Assembly (NCBI GenBank): GCA_049890075.1
Contig: JBMHCE010000024.1
Coordinates: 10,705 to 74,704 of the forward strand
Length of the DNA stretch: 64,000 bases
Direction of reading: 5' to 3'
Origin: Chitinophagales bacterium
GTDB lineage: Bacteria > Bacteroidota > Bacteroidia > Chitinophagales > UBA8649
Below, piece by piece: positions 8,626-18,034 of this stretch (positions within the stretch are counted from its first letter, which is position 1; each line of letters starts with the position of its first letter). Below the pieces are notes generated by a model that worked only from the letters and a program-made list of their open reading frames with translations, was not told the DNA's origin and ran no database searches. The position numbers were made by a program, and so were the translations under genes.

Positions 8626-10443
8626 TTAAGGAAGCTTGCGATAAAGTTCTCGAGCACTGTTGACGAGTCGGCTATCTGGAAAGTCCGTAAGGATGGCAAG
8701 ACAGTGTTCCTTGACCCGTTCATGCTCTTCTCGTTTTTGATATAGTTCAGCGAGCGCCCAATGTACGTTATCACACAAAATACTTGATTCAAAGCGCTCT
8801 AACACCCGATTATAGGTACGAATTGCGGCTTCTGGATTGCGCTGTTTTTCATAAATTTCTGCTCGCATAACGAGGGCATTATCCATAAGAACATGTTCAT
8901 CATACACTTGCTCCCAAGCGTTAAGGGAGGTTATCGCTTCGTTCAACCGATGCTGGGCGACCAATAACTCAATTGCGGCATAGCCCATCATGGCATCAGT
9001 GTTTGAGTCTAATCCAAGGTTGTCTGTGATAAACACCGACAATTGAATGGCATTGTTGGCGATTAACTCTGAGGTTGCTCCCTTGAGAATGTTGAGTTGT
9101 GCTTGGGCCCATTCAAACTCTCCTTCATAATAGCTAAGCTCTGCTTTTTTGAATCGCGCCTCTTCTCCAAGAATACCATCTCCGTCATCATGATCTACTT
9201 GGGTGTAGACGATTAATGCTTTCCAAGGCTTGCCTTGCATAGTTAACGCCTCACCGTATAGCAATTTAATTCGGTTAAGGTTTTTTCGCTTCAATGAATT
9301 GGACTGGATTAGACTGTCCAAAAACGCAACAGTTGAATTAATGTCTTGTCGGTACTTGATTTGTATACTACAATATTCAAGTATAGCTTCTGTTTGAATG
9401 GAGGGGCTTGCCTCGTTGTTTTTGGCAAGATCAAGGAGTGCCTTTTCTAAGTAGTTTAGATCAACAGCATCATTATCCCCTTTCTCTAGAAGTCGTTTTT
9501 GGGTACTTAGTTTGAGTTGGGCTGCTTTACCACCAAAGGCACTGATATAGTCCGAGGTCAAGACAAAATCACATAGATCAAGGCATTGATGAAGGGCATC
9601 ATTGTTAAAGGCATCTTGGGCCAAGGTTAACAGGTTTGGAGTAAAATCAGACGAACGTCTAGCAAGCATTAGTCCAAAGCGAGCCGCCTCTCCAAAGTTT
9701 CCATGAATTTGCTCAAGCCAGATTAGTACATGAAGGGTGAATGACACCTCAGGATGCTGACTGGTATATGTGAAGAGTTCTTGTTTGAATAGGTTGTAGA
9801 ATCCATCTTTGGATTTTTGTCGATCAAAAAATCTTGTAAAATCCTCTACTTGCGAAGGCCTTTCCTGCAAGTATTCCATGGATAAGGTCAGCGCTTTGTG
9901 CATCGAATCCTCCAGGAAATAGAGCTCCAAATACTGTTCAACAAGATTTTGCGGAGCGGTTTGTATGGCAGGGGCAAACTGAACGAAAACATGTTTTGCT
10001 TGATGAAACGCCCCATAGCGAATCAAACGCTGCATTAAGCGACTGCAGTTAACTTCTGTTGAAGACGCGGAATAAGCCACGATCTCCTTCCACAAATTGT
10101 CTGCTTTTTTTGTCTTACCCTTGCTTACAAGTGCCCAATACTGATCGATGTATCCCAATGGATCTTCACTGTCAATGCGATATTTTTCGGCAACTAGACC
10201 TAAGCGATCAAAGTTTTGGGTTTCATATAACGCTCGGCTAAGCGAGAGATAAGTCGCCGGATTTTTGGGTGATTCGACGTTAAAGAGCCTTAGATAGACT
10301 TGAGCAGCAGAGTCAAATTTTGCTTCATTGAAAAGTCGTTCGGCACGCGCATAGTCATCTTGGGCTAGCAAGGCTGAACTGTATGCCATGCAGAACAGGA
10401 ATATTATAACGGATACGGGGTGGCGTTTCGCCCTATTGGTCAT
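8626..10443 (-). CDS. Tetratricopeptide-repeat protein, secreted
   Basis: A signal peptide (VSVIIFLFCMAYSSALLAQ) is followed by repeated A/Y/L helical-pair periodicity typical of TPR proteins. Confidence 0.6.
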   Translation of the reverse strand: MTNRAKRHPVSVIIFLFCMAYSSALLAQDDYARAERLFNEAKFDSAAQVYLRLFNVESPKNPATYLSLSRALYETQNFDRLGLVAEKYRIDSEDPLGYIDQYWALVSKGKTKKADNLWKEIVAYSASSTEVNCSRLMQRLIRYGAFHQAKHVFVQFAPAIQTAPQNLVEQYLELYFLEDSMHKALTLSMEYLQERPSQVEDFTRFFDRQKSKDGFYNLFKQELFTYTSQHPEVSFTLHVLIWLEQIHGNFGEAARFGLMLARRSSDFTPNLLTLAQDAFNNDALHQCLDLCDFVLTSDYISAFGGKAAQLKLSTQKRLLEKGDNDAVDLNYLEKALLDLAKNNEASPSIQTEAILEYCSIQIKYRQDINSTVAFLDSLIQSNSLKRKNLNRIKLLYGEALTMQGKPWKALIVYTQVDHDDGDGILGEEARFKKAELSYYEGEFEWAQAQLNILKGATSELIANNAIQLSVFITDNLGLDSNTDAMMGYAAIELLVAQHRLNEAITSLNAWEQVYDEHVLMDNALVMRAEIYEKQRNPEAAIRTYNRVLERFESSILCDNVHWALAELYQKREEHERVKEHCLAILTDFPDSRLVNSARELYRKLP

Positions 10444-10466
10444 TGTGTTTAAGCGTAAAACGTTCC

Positions 10467-11336
10467 TTAGCGTAACTTAAAAGTAAAGGGAGCCACAAAG
10501 CGAGAGCGCACACTCTCTCCATTATTTTGACCTGGAACCCACATGCCTCCTGAGTTCTTGATGTGACGAATCGCTGCAGACGCAAGCATGTCATCTCCTC
10601 GAACTTTTTCAATCTGAGATATACTTCCATCCTTTTCTACTACGAAGCGGAGAAGCACTTTACCCTCAACGCCTAAGTCTTTTGCTTGGGTTGGGTATTC
10701 AACCTTAGCAAGGTAGGTCAGAATAGCTTTCTGACAGCACTCGTCTTGCGCAGCACCTGAAAGGCTTCCACAGTTTGCGTCAGCATCTTTAAAGCATGCT
10801 TTTTGTTGAGGAACGTCCACAATAACATCATCGGCTATTTGAGGCTCATCAATTACGATGTCTGGTTCGATAATCACCGCACTTGTATCAATGGCTATAA
10901 CGGTATCAATCTTCTCCTCACTGATAACAACATTGTCTACGGTTGGTGGCGGCGGCGGTGGCGGCGGTGGTTCAGAAGGAGGAGGGTCAAGAATTTCTTC
11001 CTCCTCGATAACGGTTACTAAAAAGTCAGATGGTTTGGCTTCGATTTCCCAAATGGAAGAAAACATTTGTGTAAGGCTGTCGCTAGCGGATTTGCTAGCA
11101 AAAACAAATGCAGTGGTTGTTGAGACACTTAAGAATCCCCCCAAGACAAGTAAGGCTGCCCATGGTCGCAAATCTTTTCCTCTGGCTTTCTTTTGCAGAG
11201 GGTTGGCTTTGTTTTGGGCGATTAAACTTGCATCGCTTTCATCTCCACCCAACGTCATTAAGTACCATACCAAGCCGAATAAAAGGGCGACTGATCCTGC
11301 AAACCCAACGAGTGTAACAATTATTCCTAAACCCAT
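10467..11336 (-). CDS. TonB-like energy transducer (N-terminal TM anchor, Pro-rich spacer, TonB C-terminal domain)
   Basis: It has an N-terminal TM helix, the tract PPPSEPPPPPPPPPT, and a C-terminal segment (YPTQAKDLGVEGKVLLRFVVEKDGSIS..) typical of TonB_C. Confidence 0.7.
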   Translation of the reverse strand: MGLGIIVTLVGFAGSVALLFGLVWYLMTLGGDESDASLIAQNKANPLQKKARGKDLRPWAALLVLGGFLSVSTTTAFVFASKSASDSLTQMFSSIWEIEAKPSDFLVTVIEEEEILDPPPSEPPPPPPPPPTVDNVVISEEKIDTVIAIDTSAVIIEPDIVIDEPQIADDVIVDVPQQKACFKDADANCGSLSGAAQDECCQKAILTYLAKVEYPTQAKDLGVEGKVLLRFVVEKDGSISQIEKVRGDDMLASAAIRHIKNSGGMWVPGQNNGESVRSRFVAPFTFKLR

Positions 11337-11686
11337 AGTTTTTTCTTTTTAAACATTGAATACACTATAGATGCAGAAAAGACTCCGATTCCATTAGCTA
11401 CAATGTCTAATCCCTCAAAAAAACGACTTTTTGTGGCAAATCTTTGCATAATTTCTAAAAAAATGCCGTAGAAAAAGCACGCTAAGGCTAGATACACAAG
11501 CTGCCTTCCTTTGGTCTTTTTGCCGTATGCGCTGAAGGACAACAAGCATAACACACCATAGAATACGAAATGCACGACTTTGTCGGCGTGGGGAAAAAGG
11601 GGTAGAGAGGTTGAGCTTGGCTTGAGCGAAAGATAGGTGAGAACCACAATCCAAAGACCCAATCCTATTCTGTAGATCTTGATCAA
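11327..11686 (-). CDS. VanZ family membrane protein
   Basis: The 119-aa protein has four TM segments and VanZ-like motifs (DKVVHFVFYG, EIMQRF). Confidence 0.65.
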   Translation of the reverse strand: MIKIYRIGLGLWIVVLTYLSLKPSSTSLPLFPHADKVVHFVFYGVLCLLSFSAYGKKTKGRQLVYLALACFFYGIFLEIMQRFATKSRFFEGLDIVANGIGVFSASIVYSMFKKKKLWV

Positions 11687-11697
11687 AACAGCTTGGG

Positions 11698-12075
11698 CTA
11701 TCCCTCAACCATAGACTGATAAGACGCGCTATCCATTAGGTCTGCGGTATCTGAAGCGTCAACCTTGATTTTTACTATCCAGCCTTCCCCATAAGGGTCG
11801 CTATTGACCAGCTCAGGATTGTCTTCAAGGGCTTCGTTAACCTCTACAACTTCGCCTGCAACAGGCATAAACATATCGGATACTGTTTTTACGGCTTCAA
11901 TCGTTCCAAAAACAGCTTCTTTATCCAGCGATTCATCGACCGTGTCAACGTCTACAAAGACGATGTCACCCAATTCACTTTGAGCGAAATCAGTGATACC
12001 CACCGTGGCAATTTCACCATCGACCTTTACCCATTCGTGGTCTTTGGAATACAATAGATTTTCAGGAAACTTCAT
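11698..12075 (-). CDS. gcvH: Glycine cleavage system protein H
   Basis: The N-terminus [16 protein letters not shown] and the lipoyl-lysine motif ([16 protein letters not shown]) are present. I place the start at the internal ATG 12075 rather than the ORF-track start 12114. Confidence 0.9.
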   Translation of the reverse strand: MKFPENLLYSKDHEWVKVDGEIATVGITDFAQSELGDIVFVDVDTVDESLDKEAVFGTIEAVKTVSDMFMPVAGEVVEVNEALEDNPELVNSDPYGEGWIVKIKVDASDTADLMDSASYQSMVEG

Positions 12076-12127
12076 GGCGATAATTATTGTGTAAAGATAA
12101 CACGCACAAGCCATCTAAAGTTGATAT

Positions 12128-12496
12128 TCATTCAAAAAGTCCTTCGTCTCTTTGCAGTAATAAAATGGAGCTCTGGGGAACGATCATAAGCGTATGTCCC
12201 TTAAAGACTACTTCATAGGCGTATTTCTTAAGGAAAAATGCAAAATCTCCTTCTTTTGCCTGTACAGGAATGTATTTGACGGGATTGTCATTGGGTTTCC
12301 ACGGCTCGCTTTCTTCATCGACAGCAATGGGGTGACCGGGCCCAACCTTAAGCACGTATCCACTTTGGATTTCTTCCTTTTCTTTCACATTGGGAGGAAG
12401 ATAGAGTCCGCTGTCAGTTCGGTCGCTACTTTCCGATAGCTCAATAATCAAACGGTCGCCAACAACAATTAACTGATCTAGATAATCTTGAATCAT
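12128..12496 (-). CDS. Cpn10/GroES-fold family protein (no adjacent groEL)
   Basis: It shows a GroES-like pattern (VVGDRLIIEL...SGLYLPPNVKEKEEIQSGYVLKVGPG) plus a C-terminal extension. Confidence 0.5.
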   Translation of the reverse strand: MIQDYLDQLIVVGDRLIIELSESSDRTDSGLYLPPNVKEKEEIQSGYVLKVGPGHPIAVDEESEPWKPNDNPVKYIPVQAKEGDFAFFLKKYAYEVVFKGHTLMIVPQSSILLLQRDEGLFE

Positions 12497-13899
12497 AAGG
12501 ATTTCATCTCTTTGGCAATGTCGAGCAAACGTTCTTCTTCAAACATTCTTCCCACTAACTGAAATCCAGTGGGTAGGTTGTCGCTGCCGAGTCCATTGGG
12601 TATGCTGAGTGCGGGGTGGCCTGTTAAGTTGGCGACTACAGTAAAAATATCTGCATTGTACTGTTCCACTCCGTCGGCATCCTGTGCGATTTGGGCAAAA
12701 GCCGTTGTGGGAGATGTGGGCATGGCAATGGCGTCATAATCTTTTAACAGCTCATCGAAAAAGTTTCGCACTTTCTGACGTGCACGCATAGCCTTTTCAT
12801 AGTAAGCGTCATAGTAGCCCGAACTGAGGACGAAGGTCCCGAGCATAATCCGGTTTTTCACTTCCTTTCCAAAACCCTCCGAGCGAGACATTGTATACAC
12901 TTCTTCGAGGCTTTCGGCTTTTTCTGAGCGATGCCCATAGCGCATACCATCAAAACGAGATAAATTACTAGATGCTTCGGCTGTAGTAAGAATATAATAG
13001 GCAGATAGCATGTAGTCAATCAGAGTAAACTCTTTGGTTTCGACGGTTATGCCGCAGGCTTTTAATGCCTCAATGGAACGAAGATAATTTTTTTGAACAT
13101 CCTCACTGCAGTAATCAGGAGAGGCAAGGTGACTAAAGCTGGCAACACGAAGGTTATCCTTGGATTTATTAGGAAGCCATGCTTTATGGATTGAAGTGGA
13201 GTCAAAAGCGCAGGGCTTACTGGCCATTAAGTGTGTCACTCGGCTAATATCATCAACCGAATGGGAAAAGGGTCCGATTTGATCAAAGGATGAGGCAAAG
13301 GCTATTAGTCCATGTCTTGAAATTCTTCCATAGGTAGGTTTCAACCCATAGGTTCCGCAAAAGCTAGCAGGCTGACGTATGGATCCCCCAGTGTCCGAAC
13401 CAAGGGCAACATGACATGTTTTAGCAGCTACCGCGGCGGCCGACCCCCCTGAAGATCCTCCTGGTGCACGGCTTGTGTCGAGTGGATTGAGTGTGGGCCC
13501 ATATACCGAAAAACCAGTAGCCGAACCCATAGCAAATTCATCGCAGTTTACCCGTCCAATGATAATGGCGTCTTCATCGAGAAGATGCTGAACGGCTGTT
13601 GCGGTATATGGGCTTACAAAGTCTTTGAGTATGGCTGATGCCGCGGTAACCGTATGGCCTGCATAACAGAGGTTATCCTTTAGGGCCACAATCCCACCTA
13701 ACATGGAGCCTATACCTTCTCCATTCGATACTTTTTCATCTAGTTTTTTGGCCTTGGCTAGGGCCTCCTCTCGGTAAACTTCAATGTAGATGTTGCAATG
13801 ATTGCTTTCCTCAATACGCTCAAGGCAGGAAGTGACCACCTGGGTAAAGGTTAGCAGGCCTTGTTGAATATCCTGCCATGTCGCCTCGATGGACTTCAT
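12493..13899 (-). CDS. gatA: Glutamyl-tRNA(Gln)/aspartyl-tRNA(Asn) amidotransferase subunit A
   Basis: The amidase signature is present (GGSSGGSAAAVAA ... GSDTGGSIRQPASFCG). The 468-aa size fits. Confidence 0.9.
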   Translation of the reverse strand: MKSIEATWQDIQQGLLTFTQVVTSCLERIEESNHCNIYIEVYREEALAKAKKLDEKVSNGEGIGSMLGGIVALKDNLCYAGHTVTAASAILKDFVSPYTATAVQHLLDEDAIIIGRVNCDEFAMGSATGFSVYGPTLNPLDTSRAPGGSSGGSAAAVAAKTCHVALGSDTGGSIRQPASFCGTYGLKPTYGRISRHGLIAFASSFDQIGPFSHSVDDISRVTHLMASKPCAFDSTSIHKAWLPNKSKDNLRVASFSHLASPDYCSEDVQKNYLRSIEALKACGITVETKEFTLIDYMLSAYYILTTAEASSNLSRFDGMRYGHRSEKAESLEEVYTMSRSEGFGKEVKNRIMLGTFVLSSGYYDAYYEKAMRARQKVRNFFDELLKDYDAIAMPTSPTTAFAQIAQDADGVEQYNADIFTVVANLTGHPALSIPNGLGSDNLPTGFQLVGRMFEEERLLDIAKEMKSL

Positions 13900-14168
13900 T
13901 CTTCTGAGCTGTCGTTCGAAGAATCGTTTGCGTTGTCATTCATTTTTTTGGGCTCACTGGCCTTGCGCTCTTCAGCCCTAAGTCCTTCTTCCACTTCATT
14001 TCGAACATTGGCTTTCGCGGCATTAAACTCGCGAACACCTTTGCCTATTCCTCGCATGAGTTCAGGAAGTTTGCGTCCTCCGAAAAGAAGTAAAATGATA
14101 ACAGCGATAATTAATAATTCAGCTGGTCCTGGGGCCCAAAGAATTAATGAGGAGATAGTACTGTACAT
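13896..14168 (-). CDS. tatA: Twin-arginine translocase TatA/TatE family subunit
   Basis: A TM helix plus amphipathic helix motif is present (LLIIAVIILLLFGGRKLPELMRGIGKGVREF). The 90-aa size fits. Confidence 0.85.
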   Translation of the reverse strand: MYSTISSLILWAPGPAELLIIAVIILLLFGGRKLPELMRGIGKGVREFNAAKANVRNEVEEGLRAEERKASEPKKMNDNANDSSNDSSEE

Positions 14169-14229
14169 AGTGTAACGTCTTTTATTAAATCTAAGGTAAG
14201 CCGAGATTCTTCAAAATCCCATTCTAACC

Positions 14230-14715
14230 CTAACTTTCGCCTTCTTTATTACTGAAAGTGACATCCCAGCTATGATCTGCGAGCAATCGCACTTCGGCAA
14301 TATGGGACTCAAAAGGGAGGGTTTTCCCCCAGTCTTTGGGCGCAACCATGGATAAGACATAGCTTTCATTGCTTCGTTGGTATAAGTGATAGTGCTGGCC
14401 AATCACAGGTTCAAACCGTATCTCAGCTTCATAGATAAGCTCAGATATTCGAACGCGTTCCTTAAGCTTTTGCGCCTGTTCAAATAAGGTTCTTACTTGT
14501 TCTTGTATTTGTGACATCTGAGCCCCCGTTTGCTCATACATGGCCGATAGGGCCATCCCCTTGATAGCCCCTTCTTTGTTCGGTTCAATCTTTAAGCTCG
14601 CCACCGAGTGGGCGTACGGAAGATTATGGGGGTTTTCCGCGATTTTATCCTTGTCAATCGGATTGGATTCGGGTCCAGAACCCTGCTTGGGCTGAAAAGG
14701 GTCGAGCTTAGGCAT
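14230..14715 (-). CDS. DUF2452 family protein
   Basis: I recognise the conserved core (NPHNLPYAHSV...IKGMALSAM...AEIRFEPVIGQHYHLY) as DUF2452-like. The start is set at ATG 14715, an 8-nt overlap with the gcvT stop. Confidence 0.55.
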   Translation of the reverse strand: MPKLDPFQPKQGSGPESNPIDKDKIAENPHNLPYAHSVASLKIEPNKEGAIKGMALSAMYEQTGAQMSQIQEQVRTLFEQAQKLKERVRISELIYEAEIRFEPVIGQHYHLYQRSNESYVLSMVAPKDWGKTLPFESHIAEVRLLADHSWDVTFSNKEGES

Positions 14716-15793
14716 GTTGTTCTGGTAATTGGTAAAAAGGCATCTTACTTCGTTTGGCCGCAATGTGTTTTCCTCGGATGTCGATTAGGCATCGATTGAT
14801 TGGTTGGGTATACTCAGCGTTGATGTAGCCAACAGCAATGGACTGTTCGGTGCTAAAAGACGGACACCCCGAAGTGATTTCTCCTATAGGCTCTAATGAA
14901 TCTGGGTGTAAAATAGCCTGTCCCGGCCGGGCGATGCGGTTACTATCCAAGATGAAACCTCGTCGCTTTCTTTCTGCCCTGTGCTGGTCAAGGGCTTGTT
15001 TGCCCAAAAAATCGGACTGAGCGTGAACCGCCCACATAAGCCCTGCTTCCTTTGGAGTTGTGGTTTCATTGATGTCTTGACCATAGAGACAAAATCCCAT
15101 TTCAGTGCGAAGGGTGTCTCTTGCTCCTAAACCAATAAGCCTAAGAGAATGCTCTTTTTCAAGTACCTCCCATAAGCTGATGGTGGCTTCACGCGGAATC
15201 ATAATTTCACATCCAGTTTCTCCTGTGTATCCCGTTCGGGCCACATATCCAGATGCTCCATTGGAAAAGGTAACCGGGCAGCAGTCATTTTGGTTTGAAA
15301 GGCTAGAGGTTGACTTCTCAAGTATACGATGCATAACTTCTTGGGAGCGCGGCCCCTGCAGTGCTAGTATGCTCCAATTGTCAGAGAGGTTTTCCCACTT
15401 GGCCTTCGTTGCTTTACTTGCCATAATGTGGTTCCAATCTTTGGTAATATTAGCGGCATTGACTACTGCGAGATATTCCTTTGCAGCCATTCGATAGAGC
15501 AATAGATCATCAACTATACCTCCCTTCTCATTTAAAAGAAGGGTGTACTGCGCTTTTCCAATGGATAAGGCGTTGACATCATTTGAGAAGACTTCTTGAA
15601 GTTCTTGGCTCGCTTGTTCTCCTGAAATCCTAAAGAGGCCCATATGAGAAACATCAAACAAGCCAACCTCTTTACGCACCCAGTGGTGTTCTTCCTTTAC
15701 ACTGGTGTAAACCATAGGCATGTGGTATCCCGCAAAGTCAACCATTTTAGCTCCTTTTGCGACATGAATTTCGTGAAGTGCAGTAGTTTTCAT
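14708..15793 (-). CDS. gcvT: Glycine cleavage system aminomethyltransferase GcvT
   Basis: The N-terminus MKTTALHEIHVAKGAKMVDFAGYHMP and the motifs FDVSHMG and ARTGYTGE are present. I chose the start at ATG 15793. Confidence 0.9.
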   Translation of the reverse strand: MKTTALHEIHVAKGAKMVDFAGYHMPMVYTSVKEEHHWVRKEVGLFDVSHMGLFRISGEQASQELQEVFSNDVNALSIGKAQYTLLLNEKGGIVDDLLLYRMAAKEYLAVVNAANITKDWNHIMASKATKAKWENLSDNWSILALQGPRSQEVMHRILEKSTSSLSNQNDCCPVTFSNGASGYVARTGYTGETGCEIMIPREATISLWEVLEKEHSLRLIGLGARDTLRTEMGFCLYGQDINETTTPKEAGLMWAVHAQSDFLGKQALDQHRAERKRRGFILDSNRIARPGQAILHPDSLEPIGEITSGCPSFSTEQSIAVGYINAEYTQPINRCLIDIRGKHIAAKRSKMPFYQLPEQHA

Positions 15794-15830
15794 CTTGTAA
15801 TGTATACAACCCAAAGGTATTGTCAATAGT

Positions 15831-16475
15831 TCAGTTTTTGAGTCGAAATGACCTTCGGTGGTGGTGGGTTATACCATATGATTTTATAGCATTTCGGTGT
15901 GCTTGAGTTGGATACCCTTTGTTTTTATCCCACCCATATTGAGGATATTGTTCTGCGGCACCTTGCATTAGCCGATCTCTATATTGTTTGGCCAAAATAG
16001 ACGCTGCAGCAATCGAGGTGCAACGGCTATCCCCTTGTACAATGCATCGATGGCGTAGTTCGCCATACGGTTTAAACCGGTTTCCATCCACCCACAACTC
16101 CAATGACTGGGTGGCGCTGACACCTGCTAGGGCTCTATGCATAGCTAGAAAACTAGCCTGTAAGATGTTTATCGCATCAATTTCTTTGGGATAGGCAATG
16201 CCTACGCCTCGATACAGGGCTTCTTTTCTTATGATATCTTCTAAATGGCTTCGGTGCTTTTCGCTGAGTTTTTTGGAGTCATCGAGACCATGTGCTACAA
16301 AGTCATCAGGCAGGATAACTGCTGCGGCAACTACGGGACCCGCTAAACATCCACGTCCCGCTTCGTCTAAACCCACGACACTTGACAGGGGAATGTTAGC
16401 ATCAAAATCGGCGATTTCCTCATTAAGGAAGAGGGAGCCTTGTACATTTAATGTATTCTTAGGCCATGGCTTCAT
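15831..16475 (-). CDS. rnhB: Ribonuclease HII
   Basis: The catalytic motif GLDEAGRGCLAGPVVAAAV and the DSK and ASILAK motifs are present. The start is ATG 16475 or ATG 16502. Confidence 0.9.
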   Translation of the reverse strand: MKPWPKNTLNVQGSLFLNEEIADFDANIPLSSVVGLDEAGRGCLAGPVVAAAVILPDDFVAHGLDDSKKLSEKHRSHLEDIIRKEALYRGVGIAYPKEIDAINILQASFLAMHRALAGVSATQSLELWVDGNRFKPYGELRHRCIVQGDSRCTSIAAASILAKQYRDRLMQGAAEQYPQYGWDKNKGYPTQAHRNAIKSYGITHHHRRSFRLKN

Positions 16476-17989
16476 TGCGAAAATTATTAGGGCAGACTGC
16501 AATTTACGGGTTTACGCACGTATTGGGAAGGGTCCTGAATTTCGCACTAACCCCGCTATATACCTACACCTTTACCGATGCCGAATCGCTAGCTCCTGTA
16601 TGGCTTTTTTATGCCTATATAGGATTTATCACGATTGTGTTACAGCATGCTATGGCTATTGCTTTTTTTCGGTTTGCGGGCAAGGACAATCAGGACAAAG
16701 ATGTTGTTTTTGGTACCGCGTTGTGCTCTGTATTGGTCATCTCCTTATTAGCGGGAGTTGGTTTGAGTCTCTTCTCTCAAGAGATTGCAGCTTTTGCTGG
16801 TCAACCGGGTAAAGGATCTTGGGTGCGGATTTTGGGCTGGGTTCTTGCTCTTGATGCCATCGCTTACCTCCCTCTTGCCAGATTGCGTTTCGATGAACGA
16901 CCCACAAGGTTTGCGGGAATTCAACTCACTGAGATCATTACCAACCTCAGTTTGAATATATTTTTTCTAGGCTTTTGTAAACCTGCTTATGAAAGTGGTG
17001 GTAATGAGTTCTTGGCAAGTTTCTATAATCCATCTATCGGGGTGGGATACATCTTTATATCAAACCTTATAGCCAGTTCGATTAAGATGCTACTTGTCTT
17101 GCCTGTCGTGCGTCGAATTCGACTAGCGTTTTCAAAAGATCTCTGGAAGCAAATGTTTGCTTATGCCTTTCCCCTTGTTATTGTGGGCTTTGCTGGAATG
17201 ATTAACGAGTTACTGGATCGCGTGGTATTGACCCATCTGCTCCCCTTTGACCTGGCGACGAACAATTATTATTTGGGTCTTTATGGCGCCAATTACAAAC
17301 TTGCCATGTTTATGGCCTTGCTGATTCAAGCCTTTCGATATGCGGCAGACCCCTATTTTTTATCTAAACCAGGCGATACCTCAACCCACCCACTCATTGC
17401 ACAATCGCTCACCATTTTTATAGCATTAGGTGGTTTTGTCTTTTTAGGGATAACCCTGTTTATGCCCGTAGTGCGTCATTTTATAGCACCCGAGTATTGG
17501 CCCGGGTTATATATTGTCCCGATTTTACTCTATGCCAATCTCTTTTTAGGCATTGTTGTCAATCTGGGAATTTGGTATAAGGTCTCTGATAAGACATGGC
17601 TCGGAGCATACATCACTCTTTTTGGTGCAGCCGTGACGATTGGTGCTAATCTCTTTTTAGTCCCCCGTATAGGCATGGTAGGGGCAGCATGGTCTACCTT
17701 GCTTTCCTATGGATGTATTGCTGTGTTATCAGCAAGCATAGGTCGAAGGTATCTTCCAATCCCCTATCAGTGGGGAAGGCTTGCGGCATATCTAATGCTT
17801 CCCATAGTTATTTATGGACTCGTCACCTATCTTGTTACTGGCCATATGGGCGATATTGTTCGTTACGCGAAGGCACCATCGTTTTGGCCACTGGCTTTGG
17901 TTGGAGTCGTTGCGTACGGCGCATTAACTGTATTTTTAGAGCGTTCGACCCTTGCTAGGTTGTTCAAAACATCACCAACGAATGGATAA
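16466..17989 (+). CDS. Polysaccharide biosynthesis / MOP-superfamily flippase-like protein
   Basis: The 507-aa protein has about 14 TM segments. Its N-terminus (LRKLLGQTAIYGFTHVLGRVLNFALTPLYT) is typical of Bacteroidota Wzx/MurJ-like proteins. Confidence 0.65.
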   Translation: MASLRKLLGQTAIYGFTHVLGRVLNFALTPLYTYTFTDAESLAPVWLFYAYIGFITIVLQHAMAIAFFRFAGKDNQDKDVVFGTALCSVLVISLLAGVGLSLFSQEIAAFAGQPGKGSWVRILGWVLALDAIAYLPLARLRFDERPTRFAGIQLTEIITNLSLNIFFLGFCKPAYESGGNEFLASFYNPSIGVGYIFISNLIASSIKMLLVLPVVRRIRLAFSKDLWKQMFAYAFPLVIVGFAGMINELLDRVVLTHLLPFDLATNNYYLGLYGANYKLAMFMALLIQAFRYAADPYFLSKPGDTSTHPLIAQSLTIFIALGGFVFLGITLFMPVVRHFIAPEYWPGLYIVPILLYANLFLGIVVNLGIWYKVSDKTWLGAYITLFGAAVTIGANLFLVPRIGMVGAAWSTLLSYGCIAVLSASIGRRYLPIPYQWGRLAAYLMLPIVIYGLVTYLVTGHMGDIVRYAKAPSFWPLALVGVVAYGALTVFLERSTLARLFKTSPTNG

Positions 17990-18034
17990 CTGCAAATGTT
18001 ACGTAGAGGCAGGCGTAAAAAATAAAGAAGCATT

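Noticed and set aside
10858-11352. A 164-aa plus-strand ORF with a poly-Gly run.
   Set aside because: It is antisense to the TonB-like gene. The Gly run is simply the complement of the poly-Pro (CCN) tract, and the ORF has no independent support.
12076-12114. N-terminal extensions in the ORF track for gcvH. The same issue applies to gcvT, rho, gldJ, the porP-like gene, scpA, ctaA and the transporter.
   Set aside because: In each case an internal ATG gives the canonical family N-terminus or a proper signal peptide and removes overlaps with neighbours. The longer forms are likely over-extended ORFs.
15794-15830. A glycine riboswitch upstream of gcvT.
   Set aside because: Only 37 nt separate gcvT from rnhB, which is far too short for a glycine riboswitch aptamer.
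16198-16812. A 204-aa plus-strand ORF.
   Set aside because: It runs antisense through rnhB and then out of frame across the start of the flippase-like gene. Both of those have strong motif support, and this ORF's sequence is low-complexity (S/R/C-rich).
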